This document shows positions 46,406 through 56,500 of a stretch of DNA of 64,000 nucleotides, piece after piece. The DNA lies in contig JALNZC010000013.1 in the NCBI GenBank assembly GCA_023229525.1, positions 17,286 to 81,285 of the forward strand, read 5' to 3'. A model generated the notes under the pieces. That model saw only the letters and a program-made list of their open reading frames with translations, had not been told where the DNA came from and made no database searches. This DNA comes from Bacteroidales bacterium (lineage in GTDB: Bacteria > Bacteroidota > Bacteroidia > Bacteroidales > FEN-979). The position numbers were made by a program, and so were the translations under genes. Every line of letters begins with the position of its first letter. Positions within the stretch are counted from its first letter, which is position 1.

Positions 46406-48204
46406 TCAACGTTGCAGCCACGCATCACGGCGATGTGGTAAGAGAGAAGTTGTAATGGGATCGTAGCCAACAAAGGAACCAGCATCTCCTCTGTATCGGG
46501 GATCTCGATGTAATGGTCGGCCAGTTTCTTGACTGATTCATCTCCTTCTGTGATGATGGCAATGATTTTCCCTTTTCGGGCTTTCACCTCTTCAATATTG
46601 GAGATTACCTTATCATAGATACCACGCCGGGTAGCGATGAAAACTACGGGCATGTGCTCATCGATCAAGGCAATAGGACCATGTTTCATTTCTGCGGCAG
46701 GATAACCTTCTGCATGGATATAGGAAATTTCCTTCAGTTTGAGTGCACCTTCCAATGCGACAGGGAAATTATATCCACGGCCCAGGTAAAGTGAATTCTT
46801 GACATCTTTGTAAATATGGGCGATCTCCCTGACCTTTTCGTTCAGCTTTATGGTCCGGTCAACCTTGGCAGGAATGGATTCAAGTTCAAGCAAAATTCGC
46901 TGAAAATTTGATTTTGAAAGGGTTCCTTTTCGCTGTGCAATCAGCAATCCAAAGAGAGTAAGCACTACAACCTGGGAGGTAAATGCTTTGGTTGAAGCAA
47001 CTCCGATCTCAGGTCCTGCATGTGTATAAACACCGGCATGGGTAGCCCTGGCAATGGAAGATCCAACCACATTGCAAATCCCAAGTACGGTAGCTCCTTT
47101 TGATTTGGCCAATTCAATGGCGGCAAGCGTATCGGCTGTTTCACCCGACTGGGAGATTGCAATAATGACATCCTCCTCCGACAATACCGGGTTACGGTAA
47201 CGGAATTCAGACGAATACTCCACTTCAACTGGTATACGCGCCAGGTCTTCGATCAGGTATTCACCCACGAGTCCGGCATGCCAGGATGTGCCGCACGCCG
47301 TGATGATAATGCGTTTCGTGTTGAGTATTTTTTGTTCATAGTTCTGGATACCGCCAAGCGTCACAATACCCTGGTCAACGTGCAAACGGCCGCGCATGGA
47401 GTCATGAATCGACCGCGATTGCTCATATATTTCTTTCAACATGAAGTGGTCAAATCCACCTTTTTCTATCTCACTCAGGTTGAGTTCAAGTTTTTGGATA
47501 TATGGGGTTTGATTTTTATTTTTTATCGTCTTTATCTTTAAATCTTGTCCCCGTTCGATGATAGCAATTTCTTCATCATTGAGATAAACCACATGATCGG
47601 TATATTCAATGATCGGTGTTGCATCTGAAGCGATAAAAAACTCACCTTCCCCGATTCCGATAACCATCGGACTGCCTTTACGGGCGGCAATAATCTTATC
47701 TGGAAATTCTTTAGCCAGGATCACGATGGCATAAGCGCCGATGACCTGGTTCAAGGCGATCCGGACGGCTTCTTCAACCGGAACATGCTCATTGAGAATA
47801 ATATCTTCGATAAGGTGTATTAACACTTCCGTATCCGTATCACTGGCAAACTGATAACCGCGATTCTTCAGCTCACTGCGCAATACTGCGTAGTTTTCAA
47901 TAATTCCGTTATGGATAATGGCAAGTGTCTTATTTTGAGACAAATGTGGATGAGCATTGATCTGATTGGGTTCCCCGTGGGTTGCCCAGCGGGTATGTGC
48001 CATACCGATCGTGCCTGAAATATTCTTCCCTGTGACAAATTCCTCAAGTTCAGACACTTTCCCTTTACATTTAAAAACCCGGATGTCGTTGTTCAACAGG
48101 CATATTCCCGCACTGTCATATCCCCGGTATTCCAGACGGTGCAGCCCTTTTAATAAAATGGGATATGCATCCCTGGGACCGATATAGGCTACAATTCCAC
48201 ACAT
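46366..48204 (-). CDS. glmS: glutamine--fructose-6-phosphate aminotransferase
   Basis: 612 aa with the Ntn-amidotransferase start MCGIVAYIG, two SIS domains and the conserved C-terminus ...NLAKSVTVE. Confidence 0.97.
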   Translation of the reverse strand: MCGIVAYIGPRDAYPILLKGLHRLEYRGYDSAGICLLNNDIRVFKCKGKVSELEEFVTGKNISGTIGMAHTRWATHGEPNQINAHPHLSQNKTLAIIHNGIIENYAVLRSELKNRGYQFASDTDTEVLIHLIEDIILNEHVPVEEAVRIALNQVIGAYAIVILAKEFPDKIIAARKGSPMVIGIGEGEFFIASDATPIIEYTDHVVYLNDEEIAIIERGQDLKIKTIKNKNQTPYIQKLELNLSEIEKGGFDHFMLKEIYEQSRSIHDSMRGRLHVDQGIVTLGGIQNYEQKILNTKRIIITACGTSWHAGLVGEYLIEDLARIPVEVEYSSEFRYRNPVLSEEDVIIAISQSGETADTLAAIELAKSKGATVLGICNVVGSSIARATHAGVYTHAGPEIGVASTKAFTSQVVVLTLFGLLIAQRKGTLSKSNFQRILLELESIPAKVDRTIKLNEKVREIAHIYKDVKNSLYLGRGYNFPVALEGALKLKEISYIHAEGYPAAEMKHGPIALIDEHMPVVFIATRRGIYDKVISNIEEVKARKGKIIAIITEGDESVKKLADHYIEIPDTEEMLVPLLATIPLQLLSYHIAVMRGCNVDQPRNLAKSVTVE

Positions 48205-48249
48205 GGTAAAATTAAATTTATGTCAAAAGTAAAAAAAAATAAGAAGAAA

Positions 48250-49608
48250 TCAGTTCAAAATAGTGTAGGTCACTTTTAGTTGCAACCGGTCGGATAGATT
48301 ACCCGTAAACTTGGAATTTGTACCGTTAAGGATAACACGGCCCGGGTTAAGGATATTCAGAATCGGGTTGCTTACGAGGATATAAAGGTCGAAGTGGTCT
48401 TTATAATAATTGGCCATCATTTTCTGCATGTGTTGTGTGATCCGGAAAAAGTAGGTTCGTTTGTCCGGATCGTAAATCCCGCCAAAATAGGCTGAACCTT
48501 CAAGATCATCTACCAGTAAACCGATTCTTCCGATACTGTCTTGCCGGATCATAGTAATACTTTGGGGTGGTGGATAGATTGTATCGGTTTCCGGAGTTTT
48601 AAGCATAAGCAGCGCATCGTTGATGGCCACGACTTTCCCCTTTCCGAATTTACTTAAATAGGGAATCTTGACCTTTATTTTTATGCCACCTAGCCCCTGG
48701 AGAAATAATTGATTGGCTCCTTGTGCCGAATCATGGTTAAGAAGTTGCCGTTTCACATCCTGACTTGCATCGAGGTATCCGTTGTGATCGATATTCACAA
48801 AACGCGCACAACTTTCATTCAAGGGCATTTCAAACGATAGCGAATCATTGTTGGGATTTATTCCGTCATGATAATAGACTACCAATTTGGATAGACCGCC
48901 GGTGGTCTGGAAATTGAGCAAAGCGCCTTTACTGTTCACCGGCGTGCAGGCAACATAAAGTCCTTTGAAAAATTTAATGAATGCTGCATTACTTTCAAGC
49001 ACACTGGATGGGGCGTACAGAATTTTGTTGCCAAGATAGTTGGTGATATTACTCAAGTTTATGCGTAGCTGAGCCTGCTCTTTGGAACCGGAAACCATTA
49101 CGCTGTCGGTAGGTCGCGGAGAAAAATTCAAGTCAGCCAGCATCGTTGAATAGGTTCCAATTATTTGATTTGAGAAATATGAGCTATCGTAGTGGATATC
49201 CTGGCTTATCTCATAAACCTTAATGTTTTGCCGGGTAGTGGTATCGCCGGTGTAACTGACGTAATAAAGTTTTAGAATAAGGGAATCAAGAACGGGGTCG
49301 GTCCCGAAATCGGCTCCTGTAGTAGAAAGTTGCACCTGGCTGTAAAAGCTGCAGGTGGTTTTCCCGAAGACCGGATCCAGTATGGATCCTACCATTAGTG
49401 AAGTAGGATTACTCGTTCGGATGGAATCCTGCTTCACTGAAAAAGCAAGCACGGTGCAAGTATCGGTGGTCTTCACGTTCAACGTATCGCTGGGAGGTAA
49501 AAGGTCAATCCCGATCTCGTAAGGATCTTTTTTACAGGAAAAGAGAGCCAATATAAGGAGGACGCCGGTGAAAAACGGGGCAGTTAGGGTAGTCCTGAAT
49601 GATTTCAA
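48250..49608 (-). CDS. DUF4270-family lipoprotein
   Basis: 452 aa with a lipobox (LALFSCKK) and a GSILDPVFGKT motif. Its position next to the short glycogen-synthase-like gene is the usual Bacteroidota arrangement. Confidence 0.6.
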   Translation of the reverse strand: MKSFRTTLTAPFFTGVLLILALFSCKKDPYEIGIDLLPPSDTLNVKTTDTCTVLAFSVKQDSIRTSNPTSLMVGSILDPVFGKTTCSFYSQVQLSTTGADFGTDPVLDSLILKLYYVSYTGDTTTRQNIKVYEISQDIHYDSSYFSNQIIGTYSTMLADLNFSPRPTDSVMVSGSKEQAQLRINLSNITNYLGNKILYAPSSVLESNAAFIKFFKGLYVACTPVNSKGALLNFQTTGGLSKLVVYYHDGINPNNDSLSFEMPLNESCARFVNIDHNGYLDASQDVKRQLLNHDSAQGANQLFLQGLGGIKIKVKIPYLSKFGKGKVVAINDALLMLKTPETDTIYPPPQSITMIRQDSIGRIGLLVDDLEGSAYFGGIYDPDKRTYFFRITQHMQKMMANYYKDHFDLYILVSNPILNILNPGRVILNGTNSKFTGNLSDRLQLKVTYTILN

Positions 49609-49634
49609 ACGTTTTGTGTTTTGGTGGTTGATAT

Positions 49635-50462
49635 CTAATCCACAGCGACCTCATCGTTTACCAGGATCTCTTCGTAAAATTCATTATAAGCATCCAGGTA
49701 ACGGTCAAGAGGTTGAAACTCAAGAAATGGCTTTTCAATTTCCTGAATATAACTGATCAATTCCGGATTGATTTTCGGAGAACCAAGAATCACACCATCG
49801 GAAAAATCAATCGCCGCTTTTATCACATTAACGTAATCCGGCGTTTTATAGTGTTTCAGATCTTTGTTGGTTATACCTTCAAGTTTGATTTTGTTGGCGA
49901 AATTTTTATTCATCATCTCCGCAAAGTCGTCATCGTATATTGAAAATATAACTTTTGTATCGGTGAACAATGGGTTATCGCAATACGCTTTTTTAATATA
50001 GAGCGGCAGCAGACTGGTTAACCATCCATGGCAATGAACGACATCGGGCCCCCAACCTAATTTTTTAACCGTCTCCAGGACACCCCTTGAAAAAAAGATT
50101 GCCCGTTCGTCGTTATCATTAAAAAATTTATTGTTTTTATCATACAGGGTATATTTCCGTTGAAAATAATCCTCATTGTCGATAAAATAGATCTGCATAC
50201 GGGCTTGTTGAATGGAAGCCACTTTAATAATCAACGGGTGATCCGTATCGTCGATGATCAGATTCATTCCCGATAAACGGATGACTTCATGAAGCTGATT
50301 CCGGCGTTCATTGATATTGCCGTATCGGGGCATAAAAGTCCGGATTTCCCTCCCCTTCTCCTGAATTCCCTGGGGAAGGTAACGCCCGATAATACCCATT
50401 GGACTTTCTTTCAAATACGGGGTGATTTCCTGCGCAACAAATAAAACTTTTGTTTTTTCCAT
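49635..50462 (-). CDS. glycogen/starch synthase-like protein (short, N-terminal GT5 domain type)
   Basis: 275 aa. The sequence VLFVAQEITPYLKESPMG ... PDVVHCHGWLTSLLP is typical of the Glyco_transf_5 domain. Confidence 0.75.
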   Translation of the reverse strand: MEKTKVLFVAQEITPYLKESPMGIIGRYLPQGIQEKGREIRTFMPRYGNINERRNQLHEVIRLSGMNLIIDDTDHPLIIKVASIQQARMQIYFIDNEDYFQRKYTLYDKNNKFFNDNDERAIFFSRGVLETVKKLGWGPDVVHCHGWLTSLLPLYIKKAYCDNPLFTDTKVIFSIYDDDFAEMMNKNFANKIKLEGITNKDLKHYKTPDYVNVIKAAIDFSDGVILGSPKINPELISYIQEIEKPFLEFQPLDRYLDAYNEFYEEILVNDEVAVD

Positions 50463-50933
50463 TTTTTCCTCTCGGTTTTATCCCTGTTTGAATCCTTGTG
50501 CGAAGATTCCCCGCTAATATTGACGGGGAAAAATGAACTGAAAATGTTCTCTTCCAGTATAGAAAATCCCTACTACTAATAATAAATAATAGGGCACTTC
50601 AAAATCGGCTGCAAAGATACTAAAAATTTTTGAGATAATTTCCAAAGGAAAAATGTAAATAAATGATATTTATCATATTATAATTTTTTAAGTCCTTGGA
50701 TGAAAAAAAGTTATGATTGACATATTACCTTTTGCCTCTTTCCCCGATTAAGCATTAAAAAAGATACCAGGAAGGGAGGTAATTTCCGATGGACTAAAAA
50801 ACAAAAGCGAAAAAGCAGGCCCCTGGGAGGGACATTTTTTCGGGAGAAGGACCGGTCTGCCAAATCAATCCGGGTCACCGTAAACTGCCGGCGGTAGAAT
50901 CGGGCAGCATAAACCAAAATAAAACCATAAGTC

Positions 50934-51410
50934 ATGAAAAAATTTATTATATTATCGATGCTGGGTATCATGCTTTTTAGCGATGCTATCTTTTCAACCG
51001 GGACCTTTGCGAGCAATCCTTCCCCGGAAGGTGTGTGGATCAAGTTTTCTCTTATTTTCCATCGTCCGAAATTTAATTGTGAAAGGGGTTTCGGAATCTG
51101 TTTTGATATCGATTATGGATTTACAGGGTCAGACGGTACTGCAGAGCCAAAAGGATGTGCAGTACGAGGTCAGATCAATAACCTGAACCAGTTGGTGGTT
51201 GAAATCAAAGAATCTGCCCTGATGGGTTATGAGGGTGGGTCGACTCTTTCTTATTTCAAGGATAAAAAAACCATCACTATAGCCGATCCTTATACTTTTT
51301 CAGAGACCACGTGTAAATCGCTCGGACTGAAATCCCAATTTACGATCAAACCAGGCGAATATCCCGTAATTTTTAAAGATGGATTGTATATCGTGGTATT
51401 TCAACCATAA
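50934..51410 (+). CDS. hypothetical secreted protein
   Basis: 158-aa ORF with a signal peptide (ILSMLGIMLFSDAIFS). A strong hairpin follows it. Confidence 0.5.
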   Translation: MKKFIILSMLGIMLFSDAIFSTGTFASNPSPEGVWIKFSLIFHRPKFNCERGFGICFDIDYGFTGSDGTAEPKGCAVRGQINNLNQLVVEIKESALMGYEGGSTLSYFKDKKTITIADPYTFSETTCKSLGLKSQFTIKPGEYPVIFKDGLYIVVFQP

Positions 51411-51497
51411 ATGGAAAGCTACCCTTGAATCCTTACGCGCGTTTTTCCCGTCGCCTTATGACGAGATTAGTGAGCGGGAATTATCACCTTAAGGATC

Positions 51498-51531
51498 GAA
51501 GATTCCTCGTGGCTTGCCACGAGGAATCTTC
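51498..51531 (+). terminator. perfect 16-bp hairpin (probable terminator)
   Basis: GAAGATTCCTCGTGGC-TT-GCCACGAGGAATCTTC, 88 nt after the stop at 51410. A T-run (CGTTTTTTC) lies 8 nt downstream. Confidence 0.55.
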
Positions 51532-51624
51532 ATTAAACGTTTTTTCAACTTAGATCAGGGATAGACATAATTATAGGGAAAGCCTTTTTTTCTTCGTAAC
51601 CGATTTAAAAACAAGAATTTAATA

Positions 51625-52248
51625 ATGAAAGTGATGGAACGTTCGATAATTGCAATCGTATTGATACTTAACTTGCTTGTTCCGGCAGCAGGATGCAGGC
51701 AGTTACTCGGGTTTAAATATGGGATGACCCAACCCCGGGAGGAGACACCCGAAAAACTGATATTGTTCCTGGAAAAGGAAAAATTTCCCATGGATAATAT
51801 GTACCTGTTTCCAGATTCCTTATCCTGGTTTCAGGCTTTACGAAATCCGGTTTTCAGGAAAAACATGCTAAGTCACATGGTTTTTGATCATGAGGGTCAG
51901 CTTTTGGAACGCGACACAGCACAATGTCAGTGGTCGGGTTATGATTTTATCAGGACCCTCGACCGCGATTCGTCATACCGGAAAATTCAGGGATTTCAGA
52001 TAAACAACTTACTCGGTCAAATAAAACCTTTTGGGGGTCACTCCGAAAGTGTTGGCTTTCCCTTAGATCCCGATTTTACTATCGTCATCACATGGGCAAA
52101 GTTTATCGGAACTTACAACAAACGTCTTTTTGTCCTTTCCAGAGCGGTCAGCGAAAACAGATCAGCCAAGATCCGGTTAATCTATTTGAATATCGATATG
52201 CAGGAAAGCTGGAATTTGACTAAAAAGCAAAAGGTGGCCATCCAATAA
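51625..52248 (+). CDS. hypothetical lipoprotein
   Basis: 207 aa with a lipobox-like LLVPAAGC. No confident family assignment. Confidence 0.45.
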   Translation: MKVMERSIIAIVLILNLLVPAAGCRQLLGFKYGMTQPREETPEKLILFLEKEKFPMDNMYLFPDSLSWFQALRNPVFRKNMLSHMVFDHEGQLLERDTAQCQWSGYDFIRTLDRDSSYRKIQGFQINNLLGQIKPFGGHSESVGFPLDPDFTIVITWAKFIGTYNKRLFVLSRAVSENRSAKIRLIYLNIDMQESWNLTKKQKVAIQ

Positions 52249-52282
52249 CGGGGAATTATGAAAATTATAAGACTTATGACAA

Positions 52283-53227
52283 GTGGGTGTATTGAAAAGA
52301 GGGGATTGTTTATTACTATTGTTTGCGTTATTCCTGCCGGTGTCGTTAAGCGGGCAGTACCTCGTACTGAAGGATACCATCTTGCTGGTTCCCCTGAGCA
52401 AACTTGCCGAACCGGAGAAATCTGTTATAAATTTCCGGTTCACACAAGCAATGGAATACTCACTGACTGCTTCCAATCTGCTATTGTCCAATTGGCAACA
52501 GACAGAAAATTCAAATCAATTCACTTTCCTTCAAAACTTTAAATACAGTGCACAATTATTTGATGACCATTTTTTCAAAATAACGAATATCTTTTTACAC
52601 AATCTGGGAATTCAGATATTTTTCGACAGCTTGACAAAAATTGCATTCGACGATAATACCCTTGATACCCGGATCGAATTCAAATTCGGTCGTTCTGTAA
52701 ACCTCACCTTTTTATCGAACCTATCCACCCGATTTTTTAACGGATATGATTATCAATCGGATGGTTCCGGCTCGGTTACACGTACACCCGCTTCTTCATT
52801 TTTAACACCACTTATCTGGACGTTTTCCGGTGGAATAGGGATTCAGGTCCCACGATTCCTTATGTTAAACTTCGGTCTTTCCGCAGCCAGGCTCACCTGG
52901 ATCAGGAACAAAAAACGATTGGAAAGTTCGGGCAGGACAGACTTTTTCGGTGTCCCTAAAGAGAAAGACCATTTGTTTGAATTCGGGCTTAGCATGCATC
53001 TTTTGGTTGATAAAAACCTGGGGAATTGGGGAAACTGGAACTGCGATGTACTGATTTTTAAAAATTACAACAAACCCGTTGATCTGGTTCTGAAAAACCT
53101 GATAGGAATAAAGATCAATAAATTCATAAAAACCTGTGTTCAAACACGGTTGATCTACGAAGAGGATGTCAGCAAAACCCTTCAGATGGAAAACCTGATC
53201 TCGATTGGGTTTAATATCCGCCTTTAA
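52283..53227 (+). CDS. hypothetical outer-membrane-type protein (start uncertain)
   Basis: 314 aa with a hydrophobic N-terminus (LLLLFALFLPVSLSGQ), strand-like alternating sequence and a C-terminal ...IGFNIRL. Confidence 0.45.
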   Translation: MGVLKRGDCLLLLFALFLPVSLSGQYLVLKDTILLVPLSKLAEPEKSVINFRFTQAMEYSLTASNLLLSNWQQTENSNQFTFLQNFKYSAQLFDDHFFKITNIFLHNLGIQIFFDSLTKIAFDDNTLDTRIEFKFGRSVNLTFLSNLSTRFFNGYDYQSDGSGSVTRTPASSFLTPLIWTFSGGIGIQVPRFLMLNFGLSAARLTWIRNKKRLESSGRTDFFGVPKEKDHLFEFGLSMHLLVDKNLGNWGNWNCDVLIFKNYNKPVDLVLKNLIGIKINKFIKTCVQTRLIYEEDVSKTLQMENLISIGFNIRL

Positions 53228-53245
53228 CTGTGAAAAACTTCACAG
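53228..53245 (+). terminator. short hairpin immediately after the stop codon
   Basis: CTGTGAA-AAAC-TTCACAG starts 1 nt after the TAA at 53225-53227. Confidence 0.4.
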
Positions 53246-53296
53246 ACCCTTTCAATTTTAAATGTTTTAAATCAGTAATTTTGCCACCCATATTGG

Positions 53297-53331
53297 GATT
53301 TTAGATTTTAGATTTACGATTTTAGATTTAT
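53297..53331. repeat. 7-bp tandem array (GATTTWM) x5
   Basis: Read in phase as gatttta gatttta gatttac gatttta gatttat. Confidence 0.9.
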
Positions 53332-53371
53332 GCAACAACCTATTGATAGCCACTTGTATGCTACATCTTTT

Positions 53372-53483
53372 ATCCAGCATCCAGCATCCAGCATCCAGTA
53401 TCCAGCATCCTGTATCCCGCATCCTGCATCCTGCATCCCGCATCCTGTATCCAGCATCCAGCATCCGGCATCCAGCATCCTGC
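53372..53483. repeat. 7-bp tandem array (ATCCWGY) x16
   Basis: Sixteen in-phase heptamers (atccagc, atccagt, atcctgt, atcccgc, atcctgc, atccggc variants). The array ends 25 nt before the ATG at 53508. Confidence 0.95.
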
Positions 53484-53507
53484 ATCTGATAACAAACTCG
53501 AACAACA

Positions 53508-56500
53508 ATGTATAAGATCACGAAACATCCGATCCTTGAAATAGCGGAAACCGAAAAAACCATTTTTTTATTTGAAGGACGGGAAATCACAGGCGACAAA
53601 GGTTTTACCATTGCTGCTGCGCTGCACCAGGCCGGGTATCCGGTTCACAGCCATAGCCTGACCAACCGCGAGCGTAGCCTTGAATGCGGCATTGGAAAAT
53701 GCGGTGCCTGCGAGATGCTGGTCGACGGACAGATCAAACGTATCTGTATAACCCGTGTCGACGGGGTGAAGGTAGTAAGTGAGATCCCTTCTGACTATGC
53801 TCCTTCCCCGGTCAATGTGAAAAAAGATATTCCGCTGAATATTTACAAGACATCCGTGGCCATTATCGGTGCGGGTCCGGCAGGACTGGCTGCCCGTGAA
53901 GAACTGAACAAACATCGTATCCCGAATCTGGTCATTGACAATAATGATAAAATCGGCGGTCAATTTAATATGCAGACCCACCAATTTTTCTTTTTTGAGA
54001 AGAAGCAGAAATTCGGTGGGATGAGGGGATTTGATATTGCAAAAATGCTGGCCGGAGATAACCACGAAGGGATTTTCCTGAATTCTACCGTATGGGATAT
54101 CCTCGAAGGAGGACGGATTGCCGTTAAAAATATCCTCACGGACGAAATCTTTTTTGTCGACACGGAGTACCTGATTGTTTCCACCGGGGCGGTTCCTTTC
54201 ATGCCTGCATTTGAAAACGATGATTTGCCGGGCGTTTTTACTGCCGCAGTGGTTCAAAAAATGATGAACAACGAATTGACCCTTCTGGGTAAAAATGTGC
54301 TCACCGTCGGCGCAGGAAATATCGGCTACCTCACCTCGTATCAGCTTATGCAGGCAGGAGCCAGGGTCAAGGCGATCGTAGAAGCCCTGCCTAATGAAGG
54401 CGGTTTCCCGGTGCAGGCTAACCGGGTCAGACGACTTGGCATTCCCATCCTTACTTCGCATATGCTGCTGAAAGCCATACCCAATGAAAAACACGATGGT
54501 ATTATAGGTGCAGTTATTTCCGAATGCAGTGATTTTAAACCTATCCCCGGAACCGAAAAGGTGATTGATGGCATCGATGCCATTAATATCTGCACAGGTC
54601 TGGTTCAGGATGATCAGCTCTTGATTAAAGGGAATGAAATTTTCGGCCGCCGTTGCTTTGGCGCCGGAGATGCAATACGCATTGGCGAAGGTACCAGCGC
54701 CGTTTTGCGTGGCCGGCAGGCAGCCTTCGACGTCCTGCAAGAAATGGGGGAACATTTTGATTATGATGAATTCCTGTCTTTATCAAAAGAATATATTGAT
54801 TCGCAGCAACATCCCATACGCGTAATCCAGGAACCATACCAACCAAGCGCCGAACGGATGCAGGAAAAAGGTTTCGTACTGATCGACTGTCTTTACGGTT
54901 TTGCCTGCAATCCATGCGCGTTTTCCTGTCCCCACGGAGCCATAACCAAATCATCGACCAGTACCGTACCGGAAATCGACTTTGGAAAGTGCATCGGTTG
55001 TATGGATTGTGTTTTCCAATGCCCTGGATTGGCCATATTCGGATATAATCTCAAAAAGGACTGGCTCTTTTTACCCATTGAATATGAAGTTACCGAAAAA
55101 TCGGCATGCTACCTGGTCGATAACAACGGAAATCGACTGGGGGAGGGCATTGTGGAAAAAATCCTGCGTAAGCAAAATAAAACCAACATTGCCCGGGTGA
55201 AGTCACTGACCCTCCACGGTGAAGGTCTTAGCAAGGTCAGCGGGTTCATTGTAAAAGAGAATTTCCCTGATCCCATTGAGTATAAACCGTATAAACAGGA
55301 AACACGGGAATCAACCTACATTTGTCATTGCGACGATGTAACCCTGGATGAAATCCTGGAAACCATCGGAGACCGGAAATTTATTTCGGTAGACGAAGTA
55401 AAACATACCACCCGTCTTGGGATGGGCGCTTGCCGGGGAAAACGATGCATTAAACGTTTAAAATCAATCCTTTACGGTTCAGGAATTTCCATTGTTGGGG
55501 AACCGACACCCCGAGGACCTTTATCGAATCAGGTTTCGATGGGGGAACTTTATCCGCGAACTGTTCACGAAAAGGTGATCACGGGTGTGAACGGGCAAAA
55601 GCCGAAAAAGGTGAAAGTAAAATCATTGATTGCCGGTGGCGGGATCGGGGGAAGCGCTTTATTTCGTTACCTCAGCGAAGCCGGTCAGAAACCGGTACTG
55701 ATCAATTCAGGTCGCGGCGCCTCATGGCGTAACATTGCCGGCGGACGTCCAAATTTTACCCTTCCCGAACTATCAGAAATTGCGGTGCAAAATCATGAGA
55801 TCTTTAAGGATTTGCAGAAAATTCATAATATCGATTACCGGCAGATATTATATGTCACCTTTGCGCATGATGACTCAATGTACAAATCGCTGGCTGATTC
55901 CATGTCTTGGTCAAATGCACGGATGGTGGAGCCCAAAGATTTCAGGAAAGAAATTGCGCCTGGCATCAATCCGGACCTTACTACCTATCAGGCTGCATTT
56001 ATTACCCGCGATTGCTGGCAGGCAACTCCCGGCCGGGTTATCGACCTGATCCGCCGCATAGGAATCAACCGGGGAGGAAAGGTCGAAGAGGATTGTAAGC
56101 TGATCGATGTAAACCAGGTAGAAGACAAATATATTATATTGGTGCAGGATCACCGGAAACAGTTTATAGAATATGAGACAGGGATCTTTATCAATGCGTT
56201 GGGTCCTGAAGGAGAAAAATTTGCCCGGCAATTGAATATCGAAACAGGGCTTTTTCCGGTGAAACACCAGGCTTTCATCACACGCAGGTTACCCATGCTC
56301 GGAAAAGACGGGATGCCTCTTCCCATGCTTATCGATCGCCGTCGCTACAAAGGATTCACGGCAGTATATGGCCAGCAACTGGCTGAAACCGGTCAGATCA
56401 TCGGGTGTGCCTCGCCTGCCATAGAGCCGATGGAGGCAGATAAAAATATAAAAATCAACTCGGAAGATTTTGTGGAAATCGTAGCTGAGATTTTCACGAA

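Noticed and set aside
46366-48249. Tn7-like insertion at attTn7 or a glmS ribozyme
   Set aside because: No tnsABCDE-like genes or Tn7 end repeats are visible. Only a serine recombinase remnant lies downstream. The 45-nt region upstream of glmS is far too short for a glmS ribozyme.
50463-50933. 470-nt spacer with a 110-aa ORF (50711..51043) and a small hairpin TTCCCCG...CGGGGAA; considered as a possible ncRNA or riboswitch
   Set aside because: I could not recognise any known riboswitch or tRNA-like core by eye. The ORF overlaps the start of the plus-strand secreted protein and lacks features. It is left unannotated rather than over-called.
53267-53611. ORFs of 114, 64 and 61 aa (both strands) across 53.27-53.61 kb
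   Set aside because: All are translations of the heptamer arrays (for example [15 protein letters not shown]..., [13 protein letters not shown]...). They overlap one another and the start of the 1077-aa gene.
53568-54755. 395-aa antisense ORF inside the oxidoreductase gene
   Set aside because: The plus-strand frame carries clear Rossmann and Fe-S motifs over the same bases. The antisense product has none and is a typical shadow ORF.
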